In this document: in pieces, positions 40,079 through 50,797 of the stretch | How the letters are laid out: each line of letters begins with the position of its first letter | Position numbering within the stretch: position 1 is the first letter of the stretch | DNA from: Synechococcus sp. | GTDB lineage: Bacteria > Cyanobacteriota > Cyanobacteriia > Thermostichales > PCC-7336 | Length of the DNA: 61,014 nt | Direction of reading: 5' to 3' | Assembly (NCBI GenBank): GCA_051439425.1 | Contig: JBFRWD010000059.1 | Location: 1 to 61,014, forward strand | Position numbers and translations under genes: made by a program | Notes under the pieces: generated by a model | Seen by the model: the letters and a program-made list of their open reading frames with translations, nothing else | Database searches by the model: none | Told to the model about the DNA's origin: nothing

Positions 40079-41536
40079 CTATTCGTCCTCATCAGTCTCT
40101 GCTTCAGACGCTTCGGAGGCACTCACTTCAACAGTCGCTTCAGATGCAGGCTGTTCGGCCTCGTCATCTGCAAACTCGGCCTCTACCACATCAGACTCTG
40201 CAGGTTCTGCAGGAGCATCCACAGCATTACCATCTTCGTCAACCCAACCGATTGAGTTTTGCTCTTTCAGCCAGACAAAGATTTTTTCGGTCAGTAATTC
40301 CTCTTTGAAATACTCGCGCACGCGCTCGATCGAAATTTTCTCCTGACCGCGATAGTTGTTCAGGAAGTCTTCAACTTTCACCTGTAACTCGGTGTCGCCA
40401 ACTTCGATATTTTCTTCGCGTACGATCGCAGACAAGGTTAGGGTGCGACGCAGGCGGGCAATCGCATCGGGGCGAGTCCGCTCTTTCATCTCCTCCATCA
40501 TTTTGTCGTTGACAAATTGACTGGGGTCCAAGCCCTGTTGGCTCAGTTGGGACAAGCTTTGACGAATCAGGAACTGAATCTCGCGAGCGATCAGGGTTTC
40601 TGGCAGCTCGATCTCGACAGATTCGACAATGGCGTCCACCAGTGCCTCATCTCCGGCAGTGAAGGATTGGGTATCGGCTTCACGGGTGTAGGACTCAGTC
40701 AAGTTCTGCTTGAGGGCGTCCAGAGTTTCGAATTCGCTGATCTCGGCAGCAAATTCATCATCCAGCTCGGGCAGCTCCTTAGACTTGATTTCGTGCAAGG
40801 TGACAGAGAACTTGGCCTCTTTACCTGCTACATCTTCGTTGGCATAGTCTTCAGGAAATGTTGCATCAACTTCACGGCTCTCTTCAGGCTTCATGCCAAC
40901 CAGGCCGGAGACAAAACCAGGAATAAACTTGGACTCATCCATATCCAGTTGGAAATCGGTAGCTGTCGCGCCTTCAATCGTTTCGCCATCATCGGCTTTG
41001 CGACCTTCGAAATCAACAATCGCCACATCGCCCATTTCCAGAGCCCGATCTTCGACGGGGACGAGGGTGGCTCTCTGTTGGCGATAGCGATCGATGGTTT
41101 CATCTACCTGCTCGGACTTGAACAAGGTGCGGGTAGCAGAAATTTCCAACCCGGTGTACTTGCCCAACTTGACTTCCGGCTGAACATCAACGCTGCCGGA
41201 GAAGGAAAATTCGGCTTTGGGGTCGAACTTGGTGAGCAAACTGTCCATACCACCATCGATTTCCATCTGGCCGATAGCTTCGATGTCAGCATCTTTAATG
41301 GCTGCTTCGACAGAGTCGTTAACTAAATCTTCCAGTGCTGCCGCCTTAACGCGCAGGGGGCCGAGATACTGAATCACCATGTGGCGAGGAGCCTTGCCAC
41401 GGCGAAACCCTTGTAACTGGACGTTCCGAGTCAAGTCACGCACGGTTTTCTCGTAGGTCTTTTTCACCCGCTCGGCATCGATGGTGATGGTGATATTCAC
41501 CTGGCTGCCGGGGCGTTTTTCCTGGGTGACTTGCAT
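40079..41536 (-). CDS. tig: Trigger factor
   Basis: GFRRGKAP signature; FKBP domain (FIPGFVSGLVGM..FPEDY); acidic tail. Confidence 0.95.
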   Translation of the reverse strand: MQVTQEKRPGSQVNITITIDAERVKKTYEKTVRDLTRNVQLQGFRRGKAPRHMVIQYLGPLRVKAAALEDLVNDSVEAAIKDADIEAIGQMEIDGGMDSLLTKFDPKAEFSFSGSVDVQPEVKLGKYTGLEISATRTLFKSEQVDETIDRYRQQRATLVPVEDRALEMGDVAIVDFEGRKADDGETIEGATATDFQLDMDESKFIPGFVSGLVGMKPEESREVDATFPEDYANEDVAGKEAKFSVTLHEIKSKELPELDDEFAAEISEFETLDALKQNLTESYTREADTQSFTAGDEALVDAIVESVEIELPETLIAREIQFLIRQSLSQLSQQGLDPSQFVNDKMMEEMKERTRPDAIARLRRTLTLSAIVREENIEVGDTELQVKVEDFLNNYRGQEKISIERVREYFKEELLTEKIFVWLKEQNSIGWVDEDGNAVDAPAEPAESDVVEAEFADDEAEQPASEATVEVSASEASEAETDEDE

Positions 41537-41666
41537 GGAACGTCTTCGGATTACTATTTACAGTGCGACTAATAATCGTACATTACTTGCCGCATCAGAG
41601 TAAGACGCTGTTGGCTTTTTAAAACGGTAAGCCCACTATTGGTGGATAGAGTTCTTGAAAGGCAGG

Positions 41667-42944
41667 TTACAGATCCAGGAATCTGCCGCCCCCATCTTGA
41701 GGCTCCTCTGCATTAGGAGTGACAGAATCGCGATCGCTCAGAGGCAGATCGCTTCCCGGCTGGGTATCTCTGTCTGGAGATTGAGTACTACCAGGGGTGT
41801 CGCGTTGAGGTGGATTTTTTGCAGACTGAGGACGGCTGTCATCCTCTTCTAGCTGGCGGGGAGCGACTTCATCAGGCATAGCAGTTGCCGGTTCATCCAC
41901 AGCAGCTTCATCCACCGCAGTTACAGAACGTTGACTGCCTCCAACGCCAAACGACATTAGGGCGAGAGCCACTTGAGCCCGAGTGACAGGGGCTTGGGGG
42001 TCAAAGTCCTCCAACGGGCCGAAAATGCGGCGAATGTTGGACGCATCCCCCAATGTGAAGTCAGAGGCAACCGCCGGAATATCTCCAGCGCGAATGTCGG
42101 AAGCATCGGCAAAGGCCCAATCTCGTTCTACATCAGCCAGCGTGCCATCAAGACTGTTTACGCCTAAATCCAAAGCAACTTTAATTGAAATCAAATCCGC
42201 CCGAGAGAGAAGATTGTCAGGCTCGAACTCGCGATCGGCTCGCATCTCGACGATTCCAGCATTCGCCAAAGCTTGAATATGGGGGAATTCGGGGCGATCT
42301 TCAGGGACATCTAAAAACAGAGGAGTTTCGCTATCATCAGCCAGCACTAACTGACGATTCGGCTCGTCAGAGTATAGGGCGTTGTAGGCCAGCGTTACCC
42401 AACGAGCAAACTCCTGGCGGCGGACACTACGGTTGGGTTGAAAGTTGTCGTTTTCTATGTCCTCAAACACATCTAGGTCGTCTAGGGCCGCAATCGCCTC
42501 TGCAGTTTGCGGATTAACGTCTAGGTCGCGAAACCGGTTTTGTCTACCGCTTTCAGACACGCTGTCATCTGTTGTTTCTCTATCTATTTCATCATCAACT
42601 GTTGAGTCGTTTTGCGGTGCGTTTCTATCTGGGTTCGCCGAAGATTCCGGTGATGCGGTGTCGGAGGAGCCGGGGGACAAATTGCCTAGATTGTCGTCAT
42701 TGGGGGTAAGACGGTCTTCTAAAGTGGGTAAATCGTCAGGGTCTACTCGATCTTCCGGGGAAACAAGATCGTCCGAAGTCAAATCATCTGGATCGAAAGA
42801 ACGTTCTGATTGCCGTGGGGAAACTGGGGCAACCGCCTCCTCTAAAGCAGCGCCAAATTGGCTTCCCTGACAGGACGCCAGCAAGATCAGCAATGCAAGC
42901 AGGCTAAAGTGCCAGGGGGAGAGGACAAAACGTCGACAGCGCAC
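41667..42944 (-). CDS. SLH-domain lipoprotein
   Basis: Lipobox LLASC; FRDL..FQPNRSVRRQEFARW, FLDVP..IQALANAGI..FEPDNLLSRADL, FDPQAPVTRAQ. Confidence 0.8.
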   Translation of the reverse strand: MRCRRFVLSPWHFSLLALLILLASCQGSQFGAALEEAVAPVSPRQSERSFDPDDLTSDDLVSPEDRVDPDDLPTLEDRLTPNDDNLGNLSPGSSDTASPESSANPDRNAPQNDSTVDDEIDRETTDDSVSESGRQNRFRDLDVNPQTAEAIAALDDLDVFEDIENDNFQPNRSVRRQEFARWVTLAYNALYSDEPNRQLVLADDSETPLFLDVPEDRPEFPHIQALANAGIVEMRADREFEPDNLLSRADLISIKVALDLGVNSLDGTLADVERDWAFADASDIRAGDIPAVASDFTLGDASNIRRIFGPLEDFDPQAPVTRAQVALALMSFGVGGSQRSVTAVDEAAVDEPATAMPDEVAPRQLEEDDSRPQSAKNPPQRDTPGSTQSPDRDTQPGSDLPLSDRDSVTPNAEEPQDGGGRFLDL

Positions 42945-43131
42945 AGGGAGTATTGAAATCTTTGTTTCCAGTGTTATCGCTAAGATCGCAACTTGGCCAG
43001 GTGGTAATCAGCGAGTTACGGTAGCGTCTCGCTAGAAGTGTTCCAGAGCAGCAGCGACCGGTCAGTCACTGTTCCGATCGGCTATCTAATCGGAAGCAGG
43101 TATCTATCTGGGCAGGTATTCATCCGGAGAA

Positions 43132-44457
43132 TTAATTCGTGTTACTCGCCTCTCGCATACATAACCAGTAGCTATTGGCGATCGCCAGCACCATCCATGT
43201 CACAACGTTCAACTGCCCTTCAAAAATCGGAGCATCTAATAAACCCGCCAGGAAGTAACCGGCTAGCGCTAGGTTAATCCCCAGGATGAGCAGCCCGCGC
43301 CCTGCTTGTCGCTCCCACCACCAGGCCTGCCATCCGCGCCATACTACCCAGCCCCACAGCATCAAAAACGCAGCGAGGCCGATCACCCCTCCTTCGGCCA
43401 TCACAGACAGGTAAATATTGTGGGCGTGGTTAAGTGGAAACTCGGGGGGCGGCGTCTGTGCGTTCCAGTGGTCGGGAAAACTCTGCCACCCCCATCCCAC
43501 CAGCGGCTTTTGAGCAATCATGCTGACAGCCAACTGCCAGCCCTGCCAGCGGGTCACCATAGAAATGTAGGACGGAGACCCCGGCTGCACCGAATCGGCC
43601 AGCCGCTGCCAAATCACCATCGGAACCAACGTCCGCAACCCGCCCAGATTGGCGGCAGCAGCAATGGGCACACTCAGCACTGTCCCCAACCCAAGCAACA
43701 ATCTCCATCGACGGCGAAGGGTAAAGGCAAGTCCCAAAATTAGCACGGCTACCAGCCAGCCATTGCGCGACTCACTCAGCAGCAATAGCGGAATACCCAA
43801 CCCGCCAGCCAATACGGGGACAGAAACCTGCAGCCACCGTGGGACTCGAATAGAGCGCTGGCGCTCCTGCCACACCCCCCACGCTATCGCCAACACCAAA
43901 ACTAAATAGATGCCCAAACTATTGGGGCTGAGAAATACTGAAGTCGGTCTGGGGACATGCTCGTTATTCAAACTGACGTAGAGGACTCCCCCTAACCACG
44001 ACCAACGCCCCTGCCATCCCAGCAGAGCTTGGCCGAATCCAAACAGAGAGAATCCAATACTGGCGGAAACGATCGCCCACACAAACCGATGAATGCGCTG
44101 CCGCGATCGCAGCACTTGAGACACCAAAGTAAACGCCAGCAAGAACGGTAGATAATTCAGCACGCCTACCCAGCTATCGCCATCTCCCGATACGGCAGTG
44201 GTAATCAGCAACAGGGTGGCGGCAACAACCAGCATGCGATGAAAGGCGCGATCGCGTCGCCACCCCATCTGTGCGATTGCCAATCCCGAGCCAACCAAGG
44301 TCAACAACGCCGATAAGACCAGACTGACGGGTAGCACGATCATGGCCACCAACAACCAGATATCTTGGTGGGCCCACCATTGCCAGACAGTCGGCGACGG
44401 CTGCCCTTCGCTGTAGACCGGTGACAAAGCGCTATCGTCCTGCAATTGGTGATTCAA
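43132..44457 (-). CDS. O-antigen ligase (Wzy_C/IctB-like) family protein
   Basis: SVFLSPNSLG, SESRNGW, P LVGWG, HAHNIYL..EGGVIG; multi-TM. Confidence 0.85.
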   Translation of the reverse strand: MNHQLQDDSALSPVYSEGQPSPTVWQWWAHQDIWLLVAMIVLPVSLVLSALLTLVGSGLAIAQMGWRRDRAFHRMLVVAATLLLITTAVSGDGDSWVGVLNYLPFLLAFTLVSQVLRSRQRIHRFVWAIVSASIGFSLFGFGQALLGWQGRWSWLGGVLYVSLNNEHVPRPTSVFLSPNSLGIYLVLVLAIAWGVWQERQRSIRVPRWLQVSVPVLAGGLGIPLLLLSESRNGWLVAVLILGLAFTLRRRWRLLLGLGTVLSVPIAAAANLGGLRTLVPMVIWQRLADSVQPGSPSYISMVTRWQGWQLAVSMIAQKPLVGWGWQSFPDHWNAQTPPPEFPLNHAHNIYLSVMAEGGVIGLAAFLMLWGWVVWRGWQAWWWERQAGRGLLILGINLALAGYFLAGLLDAPIFEGQLNVVTWMVLAIANSYWLCMREASNTN

Positions 44458-44491
44458 GGCTTAACGAACCGAGGCGATTACGCAGCATTAC

Positions 44492-45304
44492 TCACAGCCG
44501 ATCGATCTCCGAGCGCAAGGCTTCCAGCTCATCATCTACTTCTTGCTTGTTCACTTCTACCGCTACTTTATCGGCCATCTCGGAGCCCATATCGACAGGT
44601 GTTTGAGCCCCCTTCGGTAAAGCTGCTGGTTCGGGAGCTGCATCCAACTGCATCTGCAACTTTAGGGCTTCCAGCTCATCGTCGATCGCCCCACTACCGG
44701 ACTCTAATGCGGCAAACTGACTTTCGAGCGAATCTCCAGCCAGATCGGCAACTGCGGCAGACTCAGCTTCGAGGGCATCCACTTTCTCTTCCATGCGCTC
44801 GAAGGCGGACATTGCGGAGGTGGTATTCACCCGACCCATCACCTCGTTAATCTGCTGGGAGGCTTTGGCCGATCGAGCCCGAGCAATCAGCATGTCCTTC
44901 TTCGTCTTAGCTTCGGCAATCTTGCTCTCCAACTTCATCAAGTTGTTTTTGAGCGAGGTGGCCTGAGCCGCCTGACGTTCGAGCTGCTGCTTAATGGAAT
45001 TGGCTGTTTCTTCAAAGGCCTTCTTGCGGACTAGAGCTTGACGGGCTAGGTCTTCTTCACCATGTTTGAGGGCGGTTTGGGCTCTGCGCTGCCATTCACG
45101 AACTCGCTCGTCCGCTTGCTGGTATTTGCGCTCCATATTCTTTTCGCTGGCAATCGCCTTAGCTGTTGCCTGACGCAATTCCACCAAGTCCTCGCGCATA
45201 TCCTCAATTGTTTGATTGAGAATCTTTTCGGGATCTTCTGCTCCGCTGACTATGGCGTTGAGGTTGGCCTTTACAACTCGGCTGACGCGATCGAACAATC
45301 CCAT
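44492..45304 (-). CDS. vipp1: Vipp1/IM30 (PspA family with C-terminal extension)
   Basis: MGLFDRVSRVVKANLN..EDPEKIL, SAMSAFERMEEKV, LESQFAALE; extra C-terminal helix VDDELEALRSEIDRL. Confidence 0.9.
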   Translation of the reverse strand: MGLFDRVSRVVKANLNAIVSGAEDPEKILNQTIEDMREDLVELRQATAKAIASEKNMERKYQQADERVREWQRRAQTALKHGEEDLARQALVRKKAFEETANSIKQQLERQAAQATSLKNNLMKLESKIAEAKTKKDMLIARARSAKASQQINEVMGRVNTTSAMSAFERMEEKVDALEAESAAVADLAGDSLESQFAALESGSGAIDDELEALKLQMQLDAAPEPAALPKGAQTPVDMGSEMADKVAVEVNKQEVDDELEALRSEIDRL

Positions 45305-45416
45305 GGGTTTTTCCCTTATCTCCAACGGCAGTCATCACCAGCCTCTAATGTATCTCTACTGCTGCCCAGCATCCAGGTCGATCGCGTTAGCTCAAGAGTT
45401 CCAGAATATGCGGTCT

Positions 45417-48032
45417 TCACTGGATCGCGATATTGCCCGCTTTGACCCAACCCTCTAGCCCGGTCGAGTCTTGACGAATCCGCTGCCAGCGCCCATCGTC
45501 ACTGCGCTCCAGGATAGTAGCAACAGCATCGAATGGAATCCCACCCACATAAGTGGACTCAAGGCCAGGGGCCGAGCGCACCACCAATCCTTGAGGCCAC
45601 GTCACGCGACCACTCGAGTTTTCATTTGCCTCCACGGTAGGCACCCGCCTTGCGAGTTCGGGGGGGGAAGGTTCTGGGTCAGCTGGTTGAGCGTCGCGGA
45701 TTGCAATATTGGAACTGTCAGACTCAGACTCAGCGTCCGTCAGCGTCGCAATGTTGCCTGCCTTGACCCATCCCTCCCTCCCGGAATCCAGACGGATCTG
45801 TTGCCAATCACCGTTATTGCTCGTCTCCAATAGTGTCACGATCGTATTGAATGGCACACCATCAATACTGCTGCCACCGTAATTGGGCTCCGTTCGCATG
45901 GCCAACCCATCTCGCCATGTCACCCGTCCACGATTGGGGTTGACGGGTGAAGAGTTCTCCTGACCATTGGCCTCTGCTTGCCCGTTTGAGTCTTCTTGTC
46001 CTTCTGCGTCTCCTTGTCCGCCGATTTCTTCTTGCCCACTGGCTTCTTCTTGCCCGTGAAAACTAGCTGCTGGCGGAGTTACAGCATCATCTGATGCGTC
46101 ATCAGTGGAGTGAGTCTCTAGCGCGATCGCAGGAGGAGCCGGGGCCGTTGACACTGCATCGCTGGACAGGAGTTCGTCCAAAGCCATAAGTTCTTCAACA
46201 GACATAAACTCATCTGGAGACAGTGGCTCAGCCGTTGTCAGGCCGGCTTGAGTAGCCTCTGAAACCATCTCATCGTCTAGTTCCTCCGAAGACCCAGCGT
46301 CGACACTGGAGACACCTCCCCCCAATCTGTCGTCTGATGCCAGCGCAATCTCCTGACGCTCTGCTTCAGCCCGCTGCAGTTGCCGCTCCACTTGATAACG
46401 CACTCGATTGGCTTCAAAGGCTTTGAACAGAGCCAAGATAGTTGCTGAAACGGCGGCTAGCGCCAATACAGTTGTGCCAAAAGCAATTCGGCGAGCTCGC
46501 TCAACTCGCTGCAAGCGTCCCTGTTCCCGTTCGCGATCTTGCCGCTTCTGTTCGGCTAGTTCTTCTTCTTTCGCGTCCAAGCTTTCCTGCAGAAACGCGA
46601 TCGCACCCTCAAACCCTTCACGATATCGGAATGACCAAGCAATTGTGGGCCGTTGGCTTTGCCGCCAGTGCAGAGCCAGTGACAGCTCGGGTTCTTGCAA
46701 CAACTCCTCCGTTCCGGCCCGATACCGTGCCGCGAGAGTGACAAGCTGTTGATAGTAACGAACAGACTCCTGCTCGCGCTCGATCCAATGGCTCAAGCGC
46801 CCCCAGGTGCGCATCAAACTTTCGTGGGAAATATCCAGCACAGTGTCTCGATGCAGAGGATGGGGCGGTGGCGGTGTTAAGAAGGAATGTCCTCCCTCTC
46901 GAAACCGGTTCACCACTTCCCGAACTTCGCTTTCAGACACTTCTGCCACGCGCGAGATCTCGAAGAGGGTCGTCGGCCTACGGATGGAACGACCATCCTG
47001 ACCGCGTTCGGTCAATCGCTGAAATAATAATCGGGCAATCTCTTTCTGTCGCACCGTCAGTTGTTCGAAGACGGCATCGGCATGCTTAGACAGGGCACCT
47101 GTCATGGTGCCGATCGCTTCGTAGTGGCGCACATCCACTGGCTCATCATCCGAATCGCGATGGTTCTGCCAATACTCCCAGGTGCGCGTGAGGGCGTGCT
47201 GCAAGATAGACAAGCGATCGGGAGTGTCACCCATATCGGACAGCAACCGTTCGACTAAGTCAGGGGTGATCGTGCCCCCCACTACATCAATAGGTCCGGA
47301 AATTGCCACCCGTTGCTGCTCGTCCGTCATGCGTGGGAGCAAAAATTGGCTGTGGTTCATGGCTTCCGCCAGTCCAATAAACTGGGCGCAATCGCCAATA
47401 AAGTCGGAACGCATAGTCAGAACAACGTAGGCGGGATACTCCTGTTGCTGCACAGCGGCTAAGAGTAGTGACACAAATGCTGCCGCGCCGCTCTCATCCC
47501 GGCCTCCTGCAGACTCGGGGGTGGAGTGGTGATGGCCTGCCCTCTTGAGATTTTGAATGCGAAATAGCTCTTCAAACGCATCCACCACAATCAGTACTTT
47601 TTCGTTGGGCTGTAGTTGTGCCTGCTGGATGACTTGTACCACCCCCTCAGGCCCCTGCTTCAGGGTTGCTTCCACCGACATCGCCAGTGGCATAGCCTCA
47701 TCCTGAGATTCCAGCAGATCCCCAAGCACGGAAGGCTGGCTGAGGCCTACGGCTAAGTTACGCACAGGTGCTCCCCCTGGCCGCAGAATAACCGTACGCC
47801 AGCGGCTGCCGTCTTGGAGGTGACCGCTGTAGATAGCAGGCAGTAAACCGGCTTGCACCAAGGACGATTTACCGCTGCCGGATGGCCCGACAACCGCAAC
47901 GAAACGATGCTGATTGAGACGCGAAAACAGTTCGTCAGCCAGTCCATCGCGCCCGAAAAAGAGATATTTCTCGCCAAAGTCGAACGATCGTAATCCGGGA
48001 AAAGGGTTGACTCGTGTCGATGCCTGTACCAA
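45417..48032 (-). CDS. nSTAND1-type NTPase with a TM helix and two C-terminal bacterial SH3 domains
   Basis: NPFPGLRSF..FFGR, GPSGSGKSSLVQAGL, LIVVDAFEELF, TMRSDF, LQHALTRTW, DISHESL; TM IAFGTTVLALAAVSATILALF; two GRVTW..GL..R..EGWVKAGNI domains; ORF open to 48116. Confidence 0.85.
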   Translation of the reverse strand: MVQASTRVNPFPGLRSFDFGEKYLFFGRDGLADELFSRLNQHRFVAVVGPSGSGKSSLVQAGLLPAIYSGHLQDGSRWRTVILRPGGAPVRNLAVGLSQPSVLGDLLESQDEAMPLAMSVEATLKQGPEGVVQVIQQAQLQPNEKVLIVVDAFEELFRIQNLKRAGHHHSTPESAGGRDESGAAAFVSLLLAAVQQQEYPAYVVLTMRSDFIGDCAQFIGLAEAMNHSQFLLPRMTDEQQRVAISGPIDVVGGTITPDLVERLLSDMGDTPDRLSILQHALTRTWEYWQNHRDSDDEPVDVRHYEAIGTMTGALSKHADAVFEQLTVRQKEIARLLFQRLTERGQDGRSIRRPTTLFEISRVAEVSESEVREVVNRFREGGHSFLTPPPPHPLHRDTVLDISHESLMRTWGRLSHWIEREQESVRYYQQLVTLAARYRAGTEELLQEPELSLALHWRQSQRPTIAWSFRYREGFEGAIAFLQESLDAKEEELAEQKRQDREREQGRLQRVERARRIAFGTTVLALAAVSATILALFKAFEANRVRYQVERQLQRAEAERQEIALASDDRLGGGVSSVDAGSSEELDDEMVSEATQAGLTTAEPLSPDEFMSVEELMALDELLSSDAVSTAPAPPAIALETHSTDDASDDAVTPPAASFHGQEEASGQEEIGGQGDAEGQEDSNGQAEANGQENSSPVNPNRGRVTWRDGLAMRTEPNYGGSSIDGVPFNTIVTLLETSNNGDWQQIRLDSGREGWVKAGNIATLTDAESESDSSNIAIRDAQPADPEPSPPELARRVPTVEANENSSGRVTWPQGLVVRSAPGLESTYVGGIPFDAVATILERSDDGRWQRIRQDSTGLEGWVKAGNIAIQ

Positions 48033-48426
48033 ACCTCTATCCTCCCCAAACCCGATTAAAAATACGAGCGGTAACTGTGAGTTGCAGCGACATGGCTGGC
48101 TGTCGTTCTGGAGCAACGTTCACGCGTACCGTTCGGCATTTACCGTTCTCTAACGTTGCGATAGCCAGAGCACACTACGATGACTCGAACAGGCAATGCA
48201 AAACGTGGCCGCCCTCTTCATTGCTGCGCGACTGGAAGCCGCCATCAATGCAGTGCAACTTAGGCGTAGCGTAAACCGCCTGTTCCAGTTCACGGCAACG
48301 AATTCACACAATATTTGGTTTCGCCATACACAACTGAAGCAAATTCATTCAGCTCTCCCGAACGACCATGTCAGAGTGTTGCGAACTAAGCTAAGACATT
48401 CCTAGCTGTATTGAACTTTCACAGTA

Positions 48427-49413
48427 TCAACTGCCAGCCAAAATCGGTGCCGGGTTGTGGTTTTCGAGATATTCCCTAAAGCTGATTGCTGCCTGAGATT
48501 GGTAGCGAGCAGGACTATGAATGATTTGCAGCGTGCGTTTTACCTCTAGTCCTTCTACATGCAGTTGCTCCAACAGCCCAGCGTCTAAGTCTGCCGACAC
48601 CGCTGTCCGAGACAGAAAAGCAACGCCCAAGCCAACCTTCACCGCATTTTTGATGGCTTCTAGAGAGGTCAGCTCCATCTCGACCTGAAACTTGGAGGCA
48701 TTAATTCCATACGCCTCTAGGGTTGAGTCGATCGCCTTGCGGGTGGTGGATTGAGGATTGAGGGAAATAAATCTCAGGTTGTAGAGTTCTTCTTTTTGCA
48801 GATGGGAGGGTGGATCGAGTGCCAAGACGCTGGGCAAGCCACCACTAGTTTGTTCCACCAAAATTCGCGGATGGGCCCGCACCAATACAAATTCATCGGA
48901 GGCGAAGGGAGAGACATCCAACTGGTCTTTGAGCTGAGTCGGAATCGCGCCCCCAACAATCGCCAGGTCGAGCTGTCCTTCGGCAACTCCGCTGGCCACC
49001 CGTCGAGTGGACAGAACTTGCAATTGCACCGAGATTTGCGGGTAGGACTTGCGAAACTCACCAATGATGCGAGGCATCATGTACGTCCCTACCGTTTGGC
49101 TGGCTCCTAGCGCCAATGTTCCGCGCTTCAAATCTTGTAAGTCGACCAGGGCACGGCAGGCTTCTTCGCTCAAATTCAAGATACGGGCACTGTAGTCCAC
49201 CAACAGCTTTCCCGGTTCCGTTAACACCACCTTGCGGCCACCGCGATCGAATAATGTCACCTCTAGAGATCGTTCCAGACTTTGCACCTGCAAGCTGACT
49301 GCCGGCTGTGAAATGAATAGCTTATCGGCAGCTTTGCGGAAACTGCCTTGCTCGGCGATCGCCCGAATGATGCGCAGTTGATCGAGCGTAAAGGGAACGT
49401 CAAACTCGGCCAT
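48427..49413 (-). CDS. rbcR: LysR-family regulator, RbcR/Ycf30 type
   Basis: PFTLDQLRI..GSFRKAADKLFISQPAVSLQVQ, GASQTVGTY, EAIKNAV. Confidence 0.8.
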   Translation of the reverse strand: MAEFDVPFTLDQLRIIRAIAEQGSFRKAADKLFISQPAVSLQVQSLERSLEVTLFDRGGRKVVLTEPGKLLVDYSARILNLSEEACRALVDLQDLKRGTLALGASQTVGTYMMPRIIGEFRKSYPQISVQLQVLSTRRVASGVAEGQLDLAIVGGAIPTQLKDQLDVSPFASDEFVLVRAHPRILVEQTSGGLPSVLALDPPSHLQKEELYNLRFISLNPQSTTRKAIDSTLEAYGINASKFQVEMELTSLEAIKNAVKVGLGVAFLSRTAVSADLDAGLLEQLHVEGLEVKRTLQIIHSPARYQSQAAISFREYLENHNPAPILAGS

Positions 49414-49483
49414 TGAGGTGTGGGGGTAGTGGGGTGAAAATCAGGAGACAGGAGCGAGAGCACATTGCGAGCCTACCAATCAT

Positions 49484-49509
49484 AAAACAGGGGCGCTGGC
49501 TGCGCCCCT
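49484..49509 (-). terminator. Rho-independent terminator of chlP
   Basis: Minus strand AGGGGCGC-AGCCA-GCGCCCCT-GTTTT. Confidence 0.65.
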
Positions 49510-49564
49510 TGATGTTTCAAGCTGATGCTCCGTCAAACCGCGCATCGCGGAGTTGCTGTCAACG

Positions 49565-50797
49565 TTAGGGAGCGAGCGCATTCCCCCGCAGAAGACTACC
49601 GATTGTTTTGGCAGTAATTTTCAGTTGCTTGATGGGATTTGCAGGCACAACGGTCTTGTAGAGGTAAGAATCAAACGTTAGCTTTTGCACATCGATGTCA
49701 TCGCACATCTCGACAAAGGCTTCGCGAGCAGCATCAGACGAGTAGAAGACGCGCTGCAAGATATCCAAAACCTTGTAGGTGAGGCCGTACTTTCGATCCC
49801 AACGCTTGAGATATACCTTGAGGTCTTTTTCGGTGGGGATGCGTTCACCGTTGTTGGATAGCTCGACAATGGTTTCTGCGCACATGCGGCCGGACTTGGC
49901 CGCAAAGTAGATACCCTCACCTGAGGATTTGGTCACATAACCAGCAGAGTCACCGACCAATGCGGCACGACCGACTACGCGACGGGGACGGGGATGCTCG
50001 GGAATGGGGTGAGCTTCAACCTTAATTACTTCTCCACCGCGAATCTTTTCGGCGGCGCGATCACGAATGCCCTGCTGTAACTTCTTGATATCGGCCTTAT
50101 TCACCTTCATGGTGCCGGTGCCTACGGAGACATGGTCGCTCTTAGGGAATACCCAGGCGTAGAAGTCGCTGGAAACGTCATTACCAACGTACATTTCGGC
50201 CAAATCTTCGTAATAAGCCATCTTGTCATCGGGGATGCGGATGCGCTCTTGGAAGGCGATCGCGTAGTTGTACTCACCAGCATCAATGGCCTCGGCGACT
50301 TTGCAGTAGAAACCACCCGCTCCGATGACCAGATCGACTTCTAGAGAACCCAGGCGATCGGGAGTGTCTGAATCTTTGCCACGCAGACTGTAGTTAATAA
50401 CGTAGGGTTGGCTGGTGTCGGAGGGATCTTTCGGAATTTCGATATCAATGACAACAGCATTGATAACCTTGGTTCCCAGCTCCTCTGCCCGCTTGCGCAT
50501 GAAGCCATCCAAAATTTCGCGGCGAGTCATGCCGATATATTCATGGTCTCGCTCTACAGCGATATTGACCTCGTGATTGGAAGGAGAAATCATCTTCATC
50601 CGGCGCACTTTGCGATCGATGATTTCTTCAGGCAACTGAAACTCATCCACCATGCACAGTGGAATAGCACCGCCACAAGGCTTGGCATTGTCCAACTTGC
50701 GCTCGAACAGGTAGGTTTCAATTCCTGCTTTGGCCAGTACTTCGGCTGCGCACGATCCAGCGGGGCCGCCGCCCACTACAGCTACTCTCAGACTCAA
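49565..50797 (-). CDS. chlP: Geranylgeranyl reductase
   Basis: GGGPAG, NAKPCGGAIPLCMV, EAHPIPEHPRPRR, TFDSYLYK. Confidence 0.97.
   Translation of the reverse strand: MSLRVAVVGGGPAGSCAAEVLAKAGIETYLFERKLDNAKPCGGAIPLCMVDEFQLPEEIIDRKVRRMKMISPSNHEVNIAVERDHEYIGMTRREILDGFMRKRAEELGTKVINAVVIDIEIPKDPSDTSQPYVINYSLRGKDSDTPDRLGSLEVDLVIGAGGFYCKVAEAIDAGEYNYAIAFQERIRIPDDKMAYYEDLAEMYVGNDVSSDFYAWVFPKSDHVSVGTGTMKVNKADIKKLQQGIRDRAAEKIRGGEVIKVEAHPIPEHPRPRRVVGRAALVGDSAGYVTKSSGEGIYFAAKSGRMCAETIVELSNNGERIPTEKDLKVYLKRWDRKYGLTYKVLDILQRVFYSSDAAREAFVEMCDDIDVQKLTFDSYLYKTVVPANPIKQLKITAKTIGSLLRGNALAP

Noticed and set aside
40517..41326. 269-aa plus-strand ORF
   Set aside because: Antisense shadow of tig; no recognisable motifs
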